Part shown: positions 12,108 to 26,410 of the stretch, in pieces
How positions within the stretch are numbered: the stretch's first letter is position 1
How the letters are laid out: every line of letters begins with the position of its first letter
From: Gekko japonicus
Taxonomy: Eukaryota
Reading direction: 5' to 3'
NCBI RefSeq assembly: GCF_001447785.1
Contig: NW_015174991.1
Coordinates: 15,331-78,924, forward strand
DNA length: 63,594 nucleotides
Position numbers and translations under genes: made by a program
The notes under the pieces: model-generated
What the model was told of the DNA's origin: nothing
The model's database searches: none
Seen by the model: the letters and a program-made list of their open reading frames with translations, nothing else

Positions 12108-13262
12108 TCCTTGCAGAGGAGGAAGAGCTTGTACCTGAATAAAACTTGGTCTTAAAGGTGCCACTGGACTGTTTTGGATTGCAAGCTATTGGGGGGGGAG
12201 AGAGAAACGTGCAGATCTGTTCTCACAGAGGAGGGAGAGCTTGCACCTGAATAAAACTTGGTCTTAAAGGTGCTACTGGACTGTTTTGGATAGCTAGCTA
12301 TTGGGGGGGGGAACGTGCAGATCTGTCCTTGCAGAGGAGGGAGAGCTTGTACCTGAATAAAACTTGGTCTTAAAGGTGCCACTGGATTGTTTTGGATAGC
12401 TAGCTATGGGGGGGGGGACATGCAGATCTGCCCTCACAGAGGAGGGAGAGCTTGCACCTGAANNNNNNNNNNNNNNNNNNNNNNNNNNNNNNNNNNNNNN
12501 NNNNNNNNNNNNNNNNNNNNNNNNNNNNNNNNNNNNNNNNNNNNNNNNNNNNNNNNNNNNNNNNNNNNNNNNNNNNNNNNNNNNNNNNNNNNNNNNNNNN
12601 NNNNCGACACCCCTGGCCTAGACCTCTGCTCCATTTCCTCCCCCTCCCATCTCTGCAGTCATGCGTGTCTGCCAGTGGATACATGTAGCATTTCCTTCAG
12701 TCCCCTGCAGGGCACGCAGGCCGGCTGGTATTGTCTATCTTTTATGGAAAGATGAGCAGTGGGTCTCCATTACCTATTGTCTGATAATCTGTGCCATTTA
12801 CTGCTTATCAGGGATCATTTTGTAGAAAAAGAGGTGCAGGAGCTCATTAGCATAACTTATTTGCATATGGCACACCGCCTGGCATCACCGGAAGTGTGTC
12901 AGAAGGCAACACCCACCGCTCAGGCTCCACTGGACTGTTTTGGATTGCTAGCTATTTGGGGGGGGGACGTGCCCATCTGTCCTTGCAGAGCNNNNNNNNN
13001 NNNNNNNNNNNNNNNNNNNNNNNNNNNNNNNNNNNNNNNNNNNNNNNNNNNNNNNNNNNGCTATTTGGGGGGGGGACATGCAGATCTGCCCTCACAGAGG
13101 AGGGAGAACTTGCACCTGAATAAAACTTGGTCTTAAAGGTGCCACTGGACTGTTTTGGATAGCTAGCTATGGGGGGGGGACATGCAGATCTGCCCTCACA
13201 GAGGAGGGAGAGCTTGTACCTGAATAAAACTTGGTCTTAAAGGTGCCACTGGACTATTTTGG
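12108..13262 (+). repeat. ~105-bp minisatellite in two blocks (12108-12462 and ~12925-13262), with gaps
   Basis: Unit gcagatctg...gagggagagcttg.acctgaataaaacttggtcttaaaggtgccactggactgttttgga recurs at 12211, 12317 and 12422, and again after 13080. Confidence 0.85.
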
Positions 13263-13890
13263 CCCAGGGGGGGAGCTCTGCAACTTACCTGGATGCTTCT
13301 TGCTCTGACTGAGGGCTGCTGGGAGCAGGGGGTGGGGCTTGTTGCATGTGCCCACCCCCTAGGCTCTTTACTGCTGGAGCTCCACTCCTGTGTGCTCCTG
13401 CAGGAAATGACCCCTGGGTGTGGTGGTCAATGCAGGCCTATAAGTACAGTTCTCTGTACAACTCTTCAGAGCACACTGGGAAAACCTTCTTGTTAGTTAC
13501 AATATGTGCTGAGTCAGAATCATATTTCATGTGACGTTGTAGGTTCACAGTTGTAACTGACCCTATGTGTCTCTCCCCTAAAGAGACAGCCACTGGATGA
13601 GGGTCTACGTGGATCAGGGCCAGGGGTTTAACTGTTCCTTTATATGCCATTTCTCCAATTGAAAATAGCTCCCTTGGGTTGCTAATTGTCCCCACGGGGG
13701 AAAAACAGGTGCAAATGGGCACTGTCTTTTCCCCTCTACTGAAACTAAGAGCAGTTCAGGGATGCATTTGTGACTGAGGGAAAGGGGAAAACTGGCACCC
13801 CTATTTGATTCATGTTGGGTTCTGTAGGACTACCTTTGGGGGTCAAAAAGTAGGTGGTGAATCCCAGACAAAGAGTTCCAAAGTCACAGG

Positions 13891-14098
13891 CAATGCTCCC
13901 TCTAAGCTATGGAGTCTTGTGAGCAAACATTCTTCTTTGTGAGCTCCTGGCATTAAAGTTGTGAGCGAGCAATTTGGCTAATGCATAAATTAGTTTGCTC
14001 TGGAGCCATCCCCTTCCTGAGCTAAGGCAAAAATGTGTGAGCTGGAGGCCAAAAAGCTGTGAGCTAGCTCACACTCACTCAGCTTAGAGGGAACACTG
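13891..14098. mobile_element. ~205-bp hAT-type MITE
   Basis: TIRs with 8-bp TSD gtcacagg. An inverted copy follows at 14293-14500. Confidence 0.8.
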
Positions 14099-14547
14099 GT
14101 CACAGGGAGTCTGATCCTCGCACTTTCCCCTCTAAGCCAGCCAGCCAGCCAATGCTACTGAACGGCACATTTTCTCCTATTCAGACTCAGTATAATAATG
14201 CTGTGACGCCCCCTGTCCACTCACACAGAGTGCTGACCATCCGCTGCAACCTCTCTTAGTTAGGTTATGGGTTACACATCGGTCAGGAATCTCAGTGTTC
14301 CCTCTAAGCTGAGTTAGTGTGAGCTAGCTCACAGTTTTTTAGCCCCCGGCTCACACATTTTTGCCTTAGCTCAGGAAGGGGATGGCTCCAGAGCAAACTA
14401 AATTGTGCATTAGCCAAATTGCTCGCTCACAACTTTAATGCCAGTAGCTCACAAAGTAGAATTTTTGCTCACAAGACTCCACAGCTTAGAGGGAGCATTG
14501 GTCAGGATGCCACCCTTCTTATCTTGTCTTTTTAAAAAATATACCAT

Positions 14548-14672
14548 ATCTGCAGAAGTGTGCCTTGCACATGGAAGCTCATACCTTGAATAAAACTGTG
14601 TTGCTCTTAAAGGTGCCGCTGGACTCAAACTTTGTTCTGCTGCTTCAGACCAACACGACTCTATCCACCGGA
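14548..14672 (+). mobile_element. Penelope-like element terminal repeat fragment
   Basis: ctgcagaagtgtgc...gcacatggaagctcat...aataaa...ttaaaggtgccgctggactc matches the reptile Penelope-like terminal motif with a decayed hammerhead core. Confidence 0.55.
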
Positions 14673-16643
14673 ATTTAAAATATACAGAGAGTCATGACCA
14701 GGGCTATTTAAATGCGAAAAATAAATATTAAACAAAATAAAACATGGGTAAGGTACTTTGGATAAAAGAAACAAAATAAAAGGTTACATACTTGCAGTTA
14801 CTTTCAGTACTATATGCTAACAGCTACATCTTTCTAACTGTCTTGGCTTCTAGAAGAGAACTTCCTCTCTGGTTCACACAAAGAGCCATAAACCTTGTGA
14901 ATACATTAATGCTAGATCAAAGCATTTAACTTCATTAGGATAAGCAACTCCCACAAACTTTCCCACCGTAGAATACATTATGTAACGTAACATCCTGTTT
15001 CCTAACAAACAACATTTAACTCTGTAATGACTGAAGTGTAAGCAACTTGCAATTCCAGTACCGAAATGTTAAATTGTGTGTATTTCTTTCCCTTAGACAC
15101 ACAGTCCACAGTGTTAATCCAAACAAGAAAGATTTTATTTACAATAGGAACAGAACACTGAGGAAAGTATAAGTAACAATGTTTCACTTCTGTTGAACTT
15201 TTGAGCTGGGGTCTTATTCCTGCAACTGGGATCCTTTAGTTACAAATGTACTATTTTCAACCTGCTCTAAGCAGCCCTTCTGCACAGGTCTACTCAGTCA
15301 GAAAACCCTTTTTCACCCCAGCCGCTAAGCTGTCCACTTCTCCGCTACTAACCCCTGCCGTTTTTTTAAAGGGCTGTATTGAAAATATCCTCCTCTCAAC
15401 ATTCCATCCACTCTCATTAGTTGCTCTTAGAGAGAGGTGGAACCCAGCCTGTCCATCACAAATGCCAATAAGGAACCGGTCTTTTTCATTTAGTTATTTG
15501 GTTAACAATTTGTTGAAAGCCAGGAAGGTGTACAGTGGTTAGCATGCCAGCCTACTGGCCCAGAGACCCTTGTTAAAACAACAACAACAACTTGATATTC
15601 AAGTTGAATATCAAGTTGAAAAAATAAATAAATAATAACAACAACTACAATAATGATGCTTTCTATTTATTGATCGCTCTTTCCCACATACCTGCAGGCT
15701 CAGAGCGATTTACAGTTACTCTTGAGACAGTTGGACTAACAATATTTGTGGGGATAGGGAATTTTGTAGTATATTATGTAGTGTACACAATTCTCTGTGT
15801 AGCCCTTTATGAAGAAGAACATATCCAGCATAGCCTTCCTTCTCTACAACTGTTTTGCTTGGCACAGTATTAAATGTTTCAGATTTGTTTTGCCCTGTGG
15901 AATTGTTGCGGCTGCGGGTCATCTCCCCACCCTCCACCCCCACTGACAGATAATTCTGCCTCTTCTAGTTTTGCCTTTTATTCTTGGTTGCCACTGCTAC
16001 CATCATGCTGTGAAAACTGAGAGGAGTGTGGTGGCGCCTTCAAGAATAACAGAGGCAAACGGCAATCCTAAGGAGGTCTCTTCTGAATTCTATTTGAGTG
16101 TATTAAGAACATCCAGAAGAGCCCTGCTGGATCAGACCAGTGAGGGTCCATCTAGTCCAGCATCCTGTCTCACACAGTGGCCAACCCGTTCATCTGGACA
16201 GCCGACAACAGGGCATAGAGGCCAAGGCCTTCCCCTGATAAGAACATCAGAAGAGCCTTGCTGGGTCAGAACAATGGTCCATCTAGTCCAGCATCCTGTA
16301 TCATCCAGTGACCACCCAATTCCTCTGGAGGGCCAACAACAGGGAATTGAGGCTGATGCCTTCCCTTGATGTTGCCTCTTGGCACTGTTATTTGGACTAC
16401 CTCTGAACAGGGAACCTTTAGTCACCATGGCTACAAGAACATTCGGTTCACTAACTGCTTTCAATCCCCCCTCCCATCCCCGCTGTTAAAGTAAATTGGG
16501 GATTCGAATTGTATTACAGCGCCATGTGGGTACTGGGTATTTTTAGAATTGTATTTTTAGACTATGAATTTTGTGTATTTTTGTAGGAATATATTGTACA
16601 CTCCCCCAGCCTGCTTGCAAGGAGGGCAGTATAAAAGCATAAT

Positions 16644-16645
16644 GA

Positions 16646-16703
<58 letters not shown>
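16644..16703. repeat. (GAAA)n microsatellite
   Basis: Read directly. Confidence 0.95.
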
Positions 16704-16704
<1 letters not shown>

Positions 16705-17396
16705 CCCCCCATGAATCTTATCTACCTAATCCCCTTTTAAAGCTTTCTTGGCCTGTGGCCATCACAGACAAATTCTCTGGCAGAAGATTCCACATTTTAA
16801 TCACTTAGTTTGTAAAGAAGTATTTCCTTTTGCCTGTGCTGAAATGGGGATTGCTCCTAGGAAACAGGACTGTGCATTGGTATTAAAGCACCAAAATCTC
16901 TTCTGCTGCTGTTACTGTTTCTGCATTTTTATTTTTGGAGAGCTAACATGGATTGTTATTCATTGAGGAAACTGGCAGCCTCCCTTTGGAACCTGCTGGG
17001 GCGAGGAGAGAGAAAGCTGCAAGCATTTCAAAAGATATATAAAGGAAGCAGCAAGCAGCCAGGTCTTCGCTCCAAGGCCATTTTGACAGGGGGAAGATAA
17101 TCCAGGGTGGTTCGGGGAAGCCAGTGAAGTCCTCTCCTTCCTCCAATGAAAGACAGAATGCTCTTATAGTGTTAGGGAAAAAAATAATTCACACAAAAAG
17201 AGTATCAGAGGGAAATTACCTACATACCACTTATTCATGGATGCAGTCAGGATAAATGTAGTGTCAGGGGAAAAAACCACAACCAAACCTTTGGTAGTCT
17301 TAAAGGTGCCACTGGACTCTAAATTTCTTCTACTTGATTCCCCTGGAACAAGAGCTGCTGCGGTCCAAATTTCTATTCATGGTGAATTACCTGATA

Positions 17397-17415
17397 TGGT
17401 CGCTAGGTGGCAGTG
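17397..17415 (+). promoter_or_regulatory. Candidate CTCF site
   Basis: tggtcgctaggtggcagtg fits the CTCF core and lies at the left edge of the CpG-rich histone region. Confidence 0.5.
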
Positions 17416-18631
17416 AAGGGAAGCATTCGAAAACCCCGCAAAACACCCGCGGAGTTTTCCTAGTAATAACCACATTCTTCCAGAATACGGACGCAGTTTA
17501 CAGCTGTTACCTAGTCTGTCCCCCCTATCCCCCCTTTCCCGCTTGTCACTTTGCTAGGAAGTGTATATGACACGTTAAGTCACAGTTTCTTTTTCCCCAG
17601 TTCGCAACGAAACAACGCGCCGCGAGGCTGTCCTTCCAAACCGTGCAACGACAGATCAGAGAATCTGAGCCCGAGGCGTCGGCGTCTCTCTCTGCCAAAA
17701 GCTCATTGTCATCACACCTGGGCATGAGCCGATTATGGTGCGGGAGCTGGCTAGCCAATGGGATATCTCCTCAGCCCGGGGGTGGCCTTTAATAATTCTG
17801 ACATGTCCCTGCTTTGTGACTAAAGGCGTTCTAAGGTTGCGGGGCTAAGGGGTTTACTTCCAAGTAGACAGTGTAGTGGAAAGTACCGTTTAAGTCGCAG
17901 CCGGTTTAAGGCGAGCCCTTGGGGTTTTCCAAGGCAAGAGACTTTCAGGGGTGATTTACCATTGCCTGGCACTACAGAAGGACTTCAGTGGCGGTTTGTC
18001 ATCTAATTACTAACCAGATCTGACCCTGCTTAGTTTCGGTGATCTGCTGACCCTCGACGGTCTTCCCGTCCAAATGCTGAGCGGGGCCGACCCTGCTTAG
18101 CTTCCCAGATCTGACGAGATCAGGCTAGCCGCTATTCTGGGCCATTCGCGTCAGGCCCCCGGTAAGAATACGCTCTTCTAGGATGCACGGGGTCGGCCTT
18201 TTAGTCTCCTGGATCCCTAACTGGATCTTTTGTCAGGTGAATCGCCGGGGTTTTATCACTAACCCAAAGGCCGCTTACTCCCTAGCCCTGTTCACTCGCG
18301 GCTTTCATCCTGAACCCTTTAAAAAAAGCAAGTCCAGACTTCCCCCCCAAAAAAACCCCACCCCCCACAGTTAAAATAGAATCGATTTCCGGATTGAAAA
18401 AAATCTGAAACCTACGCTCCAAAGCCACGCCAGCGATGCTAAAAGAAACTCGCGGGAAAGGGCGGCACAGTATGAAATAAAAAGACGCATTATGTTGTTT
18501 ATTTGGACTCAGCCGGCTGCTAAGCGACGGGAGCGCACTAGGCGGCTGCGGGGCGGGCCGGCACCGCAGTTCCCTCCGCCCCCCCAGCCGAGAGTATTCG
18601 TGACCGGAGCTCTTTACATGAGAAAGTGGGT

Positions 18632-18647
18632 GGCTCTTAAAAGAGCC
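18632..18647 (-). terminator. Histone 3' stem-loop (H2B copy 1)
   Basis: GGCTCTTTTAAGAGCC followed by ACCCA on the minus strand, then HDE-like taaagagct. Confidence 0.95.
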
Positions 18648-18690
18648 TTTTGGGGTTCTGGAGCTTCCTTCCTGAGGAGCGCGGCTCCGC

Positions 18691-19884
<1,194 letters not shown>

Positions 19885-19927
19885 GGGAAGCGATTCCCCT
19901 CGACAAAAACATCCGTGTGAAACAAAA

Positions 19928-19943
19928 GGCTCTTTTAAGAGCC
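19928..19943 (+). terminator. Histone 3' stem-loop (H2A copy 1)
   Basis: GGCTCTTTTAAGAGCC-ACCCA, then aaaagggctg. Confidence 0.95.
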
Positions 19944-20265
19944 ACCCACATTCCCCGAAAAAGGGCTGAAACCGGCAGTTCTGTTTCGTGCGAGCGTCAG
20001 GAGGGAAGCTGGGGGTGGGGTTGTTAACAGTCCCCCCCAAATGCGGGGAAGGGGCAGATAGAAATAATTTAAAAAATGCTTACCATTGGGAATTAAAAGT
20101 TGAGTTGTCTTAATGCGTTTGCCTTGGCCATAATTCGCGCATTCTCAGTAATCATTGTTTTCCCATTACAGGGGTTGGTTTAAGGCATCCTGCTACTGGT
20201 TATGATTTGCAAAAACCCATTTGGTAAACCTGTGTGTGTGAAGGGAGGCTTATGTTGGCCAGTAC

Positions 20266-20470
20266 CAATGCTCCCTCTAAGCTGTGGAGTCTTGTGAGCA
20301 AAAATTCTACTTTGTGAGCTCCTGGCATTAAAGTTGTGAGCGAGCCATTTGGCTACTGCATCAGTTAGTTTACTCTGGAGCCATCCTTCCTGAGCTGAGA
20401 CAAAAAATGTGTGAGTCGGAGGCTAAAAAACTGAGCTAGCTCACACTAACTCGGCTTAGAGGGAACACTG
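20266..20470. mobile_element. ~205-bp hAT-type MITE
   Basis: TIRs with 8-bp TSD gccagtac. Confidence 0.8.
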
Positions 20471-20910
20471 GCCAGTACATAGTACTTAGTTGAATGGGAA
20501 CGCCACACTCTTTGGGGGTTGCAAGGGACACATAATCTTTGGGAATTGATTTCACAAAGCATGCACATAACCGGCATAGCGAATCAGTTTCGGAGCCGAA
20601 GTTGACAGCAGCGGCACGTGTGATTGAAGCAAACAGTCTCATAAAGCCTCCCATTAAAAACCCGTTTAGCCAAGTATAGAACTAGATGTGAAAAATACCC
20701 CAGTATGTTTTGCTTCGGTTACATCCACTTAAAAGTGAGATAAATCAGCAGCGCTTGAGCTCTGTATCGACACCTCTCAAATGGGTAAGGGTCTATTTCC
20801 TTACCAGCTACCTACGTCAGTGAATTCTTAGAACGATTTCCACACTCAAAGGATACAGGTTAACCTCGTAACGCGAAGCAAGAGACAGCTCTTTTCTTGG
20901 AGAAGTGGGT

Positions 20911-20926
20911 GGCCCTTAAAAGGGCC
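20911..20926 (-). terminator. Histone 3' stem-loop (H4 copy 1)
   Basis: GGCCCTTTTAAGGGCC-ACCCA, then aaaagagctg. Confidence 0.95.
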
Positions 20927-20956
20927 GTTGGATTTTGTTATGTTGCAATTAAGGGT

Positions 20957-21313
<357 letters not shown>

Positions 21314-21323
21314 TCAGCGTGCA

Positions 21324-21358
21324 TTTATATTGCCTGATGTCCGACCAGAAGGAAAACT
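21324..21358 (-). promoter_or_regulatory. H4 promoter: TATA plus site II-like element
   Basis: Minus strand gttttccttctggtcgg resembles the HINFP site II, followed by aatataaa. Homologous to 51088-51123. Confidence 0.65.
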
Positions 21359-21927
21359 GCGAGAGTGATGCGATGGGGGCGGGGAGAACATCGAGGGCCT
21401 GCCCATCTATGACGCCAAAAGGCGGAGGGAAGGAGCTTCGTCCAGTGAAACGTAGAGGCTGTTTCAAAAAGAGCAATGGCCATGCTTGCCGCAATTGAAT
21501 TTTGAAAGCGAGAATGTTGGCGCCTTTTCTCTCCCCCACCGGCCGCTGCTAGTTTGGCGTTTCAGTTGCTCTAGATAAGAACAGCTAGACGTGAGTGCTT
21601 GATTACAACGAAATTAACTCTGAAAAACGCCATGTAATCATTCCGCTACCGAATTGTAAAGGCGATTTTATTGGGAATAACTTGCTTTGCATCTGTCTTG
21701 AAACTGCATAGGGGAACACTAGATTTTTTTTTGGGGGGGGTCTGTCTTGTTAGTTTTGGAAATCAGTCCTGTGGATGGACTGAGTCAGATTTTACAGACC
21801 AGATTCACTGAGTATGCGGTGATTAGATTCTGGGGGATCCAATACACAACCATTACTCACATAATGAAAAAATAATATTGCAGTTTGAAATAGATTTGAA
21901 GTATAGACACCCTGAAGTGTATTTAAA

Positions 21928-22240
21928 AAGGTAAAGGTTCCCTTGTTCGAAAGCCAGTCGAATCTGACTAGGGTTGTGGTGCTCATCTCCGTTTCAAAGC
22001 CGAAGAGCCAGCGCTGTCCGAAGACGTTTCCGTGCTCGTGTGGCCGGCATGACTAAACACCAAGGCGCACGGAACGCTGTTACCTTCCCACCAAAGTGGT
22101 ACCTATTTATCTACTTGCAATTTTTTGCTTTTGAACTGCTAGGTTGGCAGGAGCTGGAACTAGAGACAGGAGCTCAGTCAAGCGGCACACCCCGGTCTCG
22201 AACTGCTGAACTACCGACCTTCCACAGCCTGCAGTTCAGC
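21928..22240 (-). mobile_element. Sauria SINE
   Basis: Reverse complement of the 27533 copy, with the (ACCTTT)n tail. Further copies at 54066-54345 and 57782-58136. Confidence 0.8.
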
Positions 22241-22632
22241 ATAACTTGTAGGTAGAGCTTTTAGATGCAGAAGATTATAACATCGGTCCACGGAACCTTT
22301 GCCAACGTGGGTGTGTAAGAAAAGTCATACTGGATCAGACCAGCAGTCCATCCAGTCCAGCATCACAAGGCCGAAGCTGGTTCCCAGTTCCTGAGTAATT
22401 TCCTAGCTCCTAATGGGTGAATCCAGTCACAAACATTGAGGATAATCTAAAAGCTTTGAACCCCAAAATAAAGTTTGCTCCACCACACATGGTACACCCC
22501 CACATTCAGGGCACTCTGTCCCCCAAGGGGACATAAGCTGTTTCAGAGGTGATTTACCATTGCCTGGCACTAAAGAAGGACTTCATACTGAGTGGAGCAG
22601 TTCACATCCTGAGCATAATAGAACTGCTGTAA

Positions 22633-22895
22633 GAGAGCCAGTTTGGTGTAGTGCTTAAGTGCATAGACTCTAATCTGGGAGAACCGGGTTTGATTCCCCA
22701 CTCCTCCACTTGCAGCTGCTGGATGACCTTGGGCAAGCCATAGTTCTGTCAGAGCTGTCCTTGAAAGGGCAGTTCTGGAAAGAGCTCTCTCAGCCCCACC
22801 TACCTCACAGGGTGTCTGTTGTGGGGAGGGGAAGGGAAAGGAGTTTGTAAGCCGCTCTGAGTGAAGGGCAGAGTATACATCCAATCTCTTCTCTT
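22633..22895 (+). mobile_element. MIR/Ther1-derived CORE-SINE (Squam3-like)
   Basis: gagagccagtttggtgtagtg head, cctacctcacaggg CORE and CTT-rich tail. About 10 copies (near 3434, 6075, 23260, 30695, 32615, 36915, 41355, 41678, 46930 and 49120). Confidence 0.75.
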
Positions 22896-25140
22896 CTTCT
22901 AGAATGGGTAGTGGGGAGTGCAAGACCTTGCATGGCTCCAGATTGCTGCTGAGCGGGGCTTCTTGTGTTAATGAGCGTCCTTTCACATGCAAACAGCTTA
23001 GAGGGAATGCTGCTCTTGAATAATTTGGTTTTGCCTGGTTTGCAGAAGGCCAGGAGCCCTAAGACTCCTGCATATTTCACATGCCCACTTTATTGCCACA
23101 TCCTCTTAGAATACTATTACAGCACCTAACAACACCAGTTGTACCATTAGAACTCATTTGTTTGTTTGTTCATCCCCCAACACGATAGATGCAAATGATT
23201 GTCAACAATGTCCTCTTGTTGTCTGCATAGGACAAAGGAATCTGAGTCTTTGGAAAAGAAGAAGAAGAGAAAAGATTGGATTTATACCCCGCCCTTCACT
23301 ACCGGAAGGAGCTTCAGAGCGGCTTACAATCTCCTTTCACTTCCCCTCCCCATAACAGACACCCTGTGAGGTAGGTGGGGCTGAGAGAGCTCTGACAGAA
23401 ACTGCTCCTGAGAGAACAGCTCTGAGAGAACTTGTGACTGACCCAAGGTCACACCAGCAGCTGCATGTGGAGGAGTGGGGAATCAAACCCGGTTCTCCCA
23501 GATTAGAGTCCGTGCTCCTAACCACTACACCACTACACCAAACTACACCAAACTAAGTGGTCATTATATCTGACCTCAAAAACAACATCAGCCAGAACAC
23601 CTTTTCGACAGAAAATTTCAGTCTCCAAGGTCCCTCGGCTGCCGACCTGAGAAGACCCCCTTCTCCAACAAAACAAATCCAGACAGCAAGTCTCCTGTGA
23701 AGCTGTTAAGGATTCACTGAGAAGCCCGAGTTCACTAGAAACAGTGTACACATAACACAGCTGGGGATTGTTGCAGCAAATCCTTCCCCTTGCAGAAGAC
23801 TAGTTTATAGAAAGAAACAGTGTAACAGCACCCTTTCCCTAATTCTAGAGTTTGCTGAAGTCTGTTACAATCCAATGCAACGGAACCTTAAAAGTGATAG
23901 GATTTGTTGAAATATAAACCCCATCCCATTGAGTCCCAGGCACCTAACGAACTGGGCTTTAGTCCAAGAAGTTTTATACAATTCAAAATTCTGAAGTGCA
24001 CCCAGGGCTATTTTCCCTCTCCCTAATATACTGCTCTGGAAGGAAAGAGGCATGGTATAGCCCATGGGTCCTCAACCTTTTTGAGCCCATGGGCAACTTG
24101 TGGAATCCCATGGTGGGCACAGCCACAAAAAATATGCCACAAACTGACTGCCACAGGTGACAGAGCCAGTCACGAAATGGACTGCTGCAGCTTACCTTCT
24201 TCTATCATATAGTGCAGGGTCCTTGTGCTGTGGTGGCAACGGCTGCCAAAGCGACATTTAAAAATAACCTACACAATCACATCTCTAATGGCCAATCAGA
24301 AGCTCTCCTGGACAAAAGCCTCCTCCATTTTCTAAAAAAACCCCAATTGGCAGGCACCAGAAAAGGTGGGGGTGGGTGCCCTGGAACTCACAGGCATCAT
24401 GCTGGGGACCCCCAGGATAGCTCAACCACGTCAGATGCTGGGAACCGATCAGGATCAGGACTTGACCACCAAGGAAGACTCTGCAAAGGAAGGCAATGGC
24501 AAACCACCTCTGCTTCTGGCTTGCCTTTGAAAGTCCCTTATAGGGGATGGATGCCATAAGCCAATTGGCACTTCACAGTATGTAATGCGCTCTTTGTATA
24601 CAGAACTGAGCCCCATAACTCATCTCTCACCAGGGTTGGCAACAACCTGGAGGGAACACAGCCTGTCCTTTTAACGGAAGCGTCATGTTTGAAAATAGGC
24701 AGGGGAGCGCTTTTCGCGCTTGGAGGTAAATATCATCACCTGGTCAATAACATCCCATTAATACGATATTAAAGGGACAGGACACCTCCCCCCCCCAGGT
24801 AGCTGGCAACCCCCCCTCCCTTTTCACGGCACATGCGACCTGATCCTTACAACTACAGGCTTGGACGTGGGATTCTTGTGTGTGATAATAAAGCAGCATC
24901 AATCCAAAGACCGCTCACTACTGTCACCAAAGACATATTTACGTGTCACAACACTTATAACTGCATTTAGTGCAACAAAAAATGGCATTCAGTGGCAGAG
25001 CTCGCAGAAGCACGGCAAGCTGTGTCTCTTGGCGAGCCGGCACTCCTTCTTTAGCAAATCGCCTTCAACCCACGCCCCCGCGGCCAGGAAACGGATAACA
25101 ACGCGGGGAGAACAAAAGGGCTCACAGCATCAGCCGGTTC

Positions 25141-25355
25141 TCATATGCAAATAAAGGTAGCTAGAATCCATTTTCTCTATTGGTTCGAGCGCCTTCTAAC
25201 GTTGCTAACATCATGCAAATCATAGGGACTGTGAGGCTCCCCGTCGCCATTGGATGACCACAACACCCTCGCTTTCAGTTGGCGGGGCTGAGAAAAGCTA
25301 TTTTCTGATTGGTTGTCAAGAGACACAGTCCAAATACAACCAATCAGAAGTGAGA
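25141..25355. promoter_or_regulatory. Orphan H2A/H2B-type bidirectional promoter remnant
   Basis: Octamers at 25145 and 25213 and CCAAT boxes at 25179, 25249, 25308 and 25341. atgcaaatcatagggactgtgaggctcc aligns with the reverse complement of 44761-44786. Confidence 0.75.
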
Positions 25356-25380
25356 TTTTTAGTAGCTGGTAGAGTAAAAA

Positions 25381-26410
25381 AGAACATAAGAACATAAGAG
25401 AAGCCAATGTTGGATCAGGCCAATGGCCCATCCAGTCCAACACTCTGTCACACAGTGGCCAAAAATACCAGGTGCCATCAGGAGGTCCAGCAGTGGGGCC
25501 AGGACACTAGAAACCCTCCCACTGTTGCCCCCCCCCCCAGCCCCGAGAATACTGAGCATCACTTGCCCCAGAGTCCCTATCTATACCTTGTGGCTAATAG
25601 CCACCGATGGACGTCTGCTCCATATGCTTATCTAATTCCCTCTTGAAGCCCTCCATGCTTGTAGCCGCCACCAGTTCCTGTGGCAGTGAATTCCATGTGT
25701 TAATCACCCTTTGGGTTAAGATGTAATTCCTTTTATCCATTCTAAACAAACCGCTCAGCAGTTTCATGGAGTGCCCACGAGTTCTTGTATTGTGAGAATG
25801 GGAGAAAAGTACCTCTTTCTCTACCTGCTCTATCCCATGCATAATCTTATAAACCTCATAATCTTATAAACTTGCATTTTATTTGCCACAGCCTGTATTC
25901 CCTTTTATCAGCCTCACTGAGACTAGCTTTCCACCACTTAAAGGAATCCTTTTTACCTTTTACAGCTTCCATGACTTTGTTTGTTAACCATGGAGGCTTT
26001 TTTGTATACCTATTTGTGCCTTTCCTAACCTGCTGTATTTATTTTTTCTGAGCTTCTAGGATTGTAGTTTTAAATAGTTTCCAAGGTTCCCCAGTGGTTT
26101 TGACCCTTTCTACTTTCTACTAGGTTCGAGACCAGGGTGCCGCATGACGGAGTGAGCTCCCGTCTCTAGTTCCAGCTCCTGCCAACCTAGCAGTTCGAAA
26201 GCAAGAAATTGCAAGTAGATAAATAGGTACCACTTTCAGTTTCTTCCTCACATGTCCCCTCATATCAGAGAAGTTACCCCTTTTAAAGTTAAAAGTGGTT
26301 GTGTCAGTCTTTTTGGCCAATTCCCTATTTATACAAATGTTGAACTCAATAACATTATGATCACTGTTCCCAACTGGTGCAACCACTTTTACATCTCTCA
26401 CCACTGGTCT
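25381..26410 (-). mobile_element. CR1-type LINE, internally deleted, with a Sauria SINE fragment at 26121-26236
   Basis: ORF2 C-terminus (TRTRGHSMKL...RVINTWNSLPQELV), endonuclease end (VVAPVGNSDHNVIEF) and a ttcttatg-repeat tail. Confidence 0.8.

Noticed and set aside
12108-13262. CRISPR-like array
   Set aside because: Eukaryotic context, and whole units repeat with no unique spacers.
14202-14278. Tiny TG...CA LTR-like segment
   Set aside because: Too short and no TSD.
25028-25045. Remnant of an H2B start beside the orphan promoter
   Set aside because: cttggcgagccggcac only loosely resembles the reverse complement of the H2B start, and similarity does not extend.
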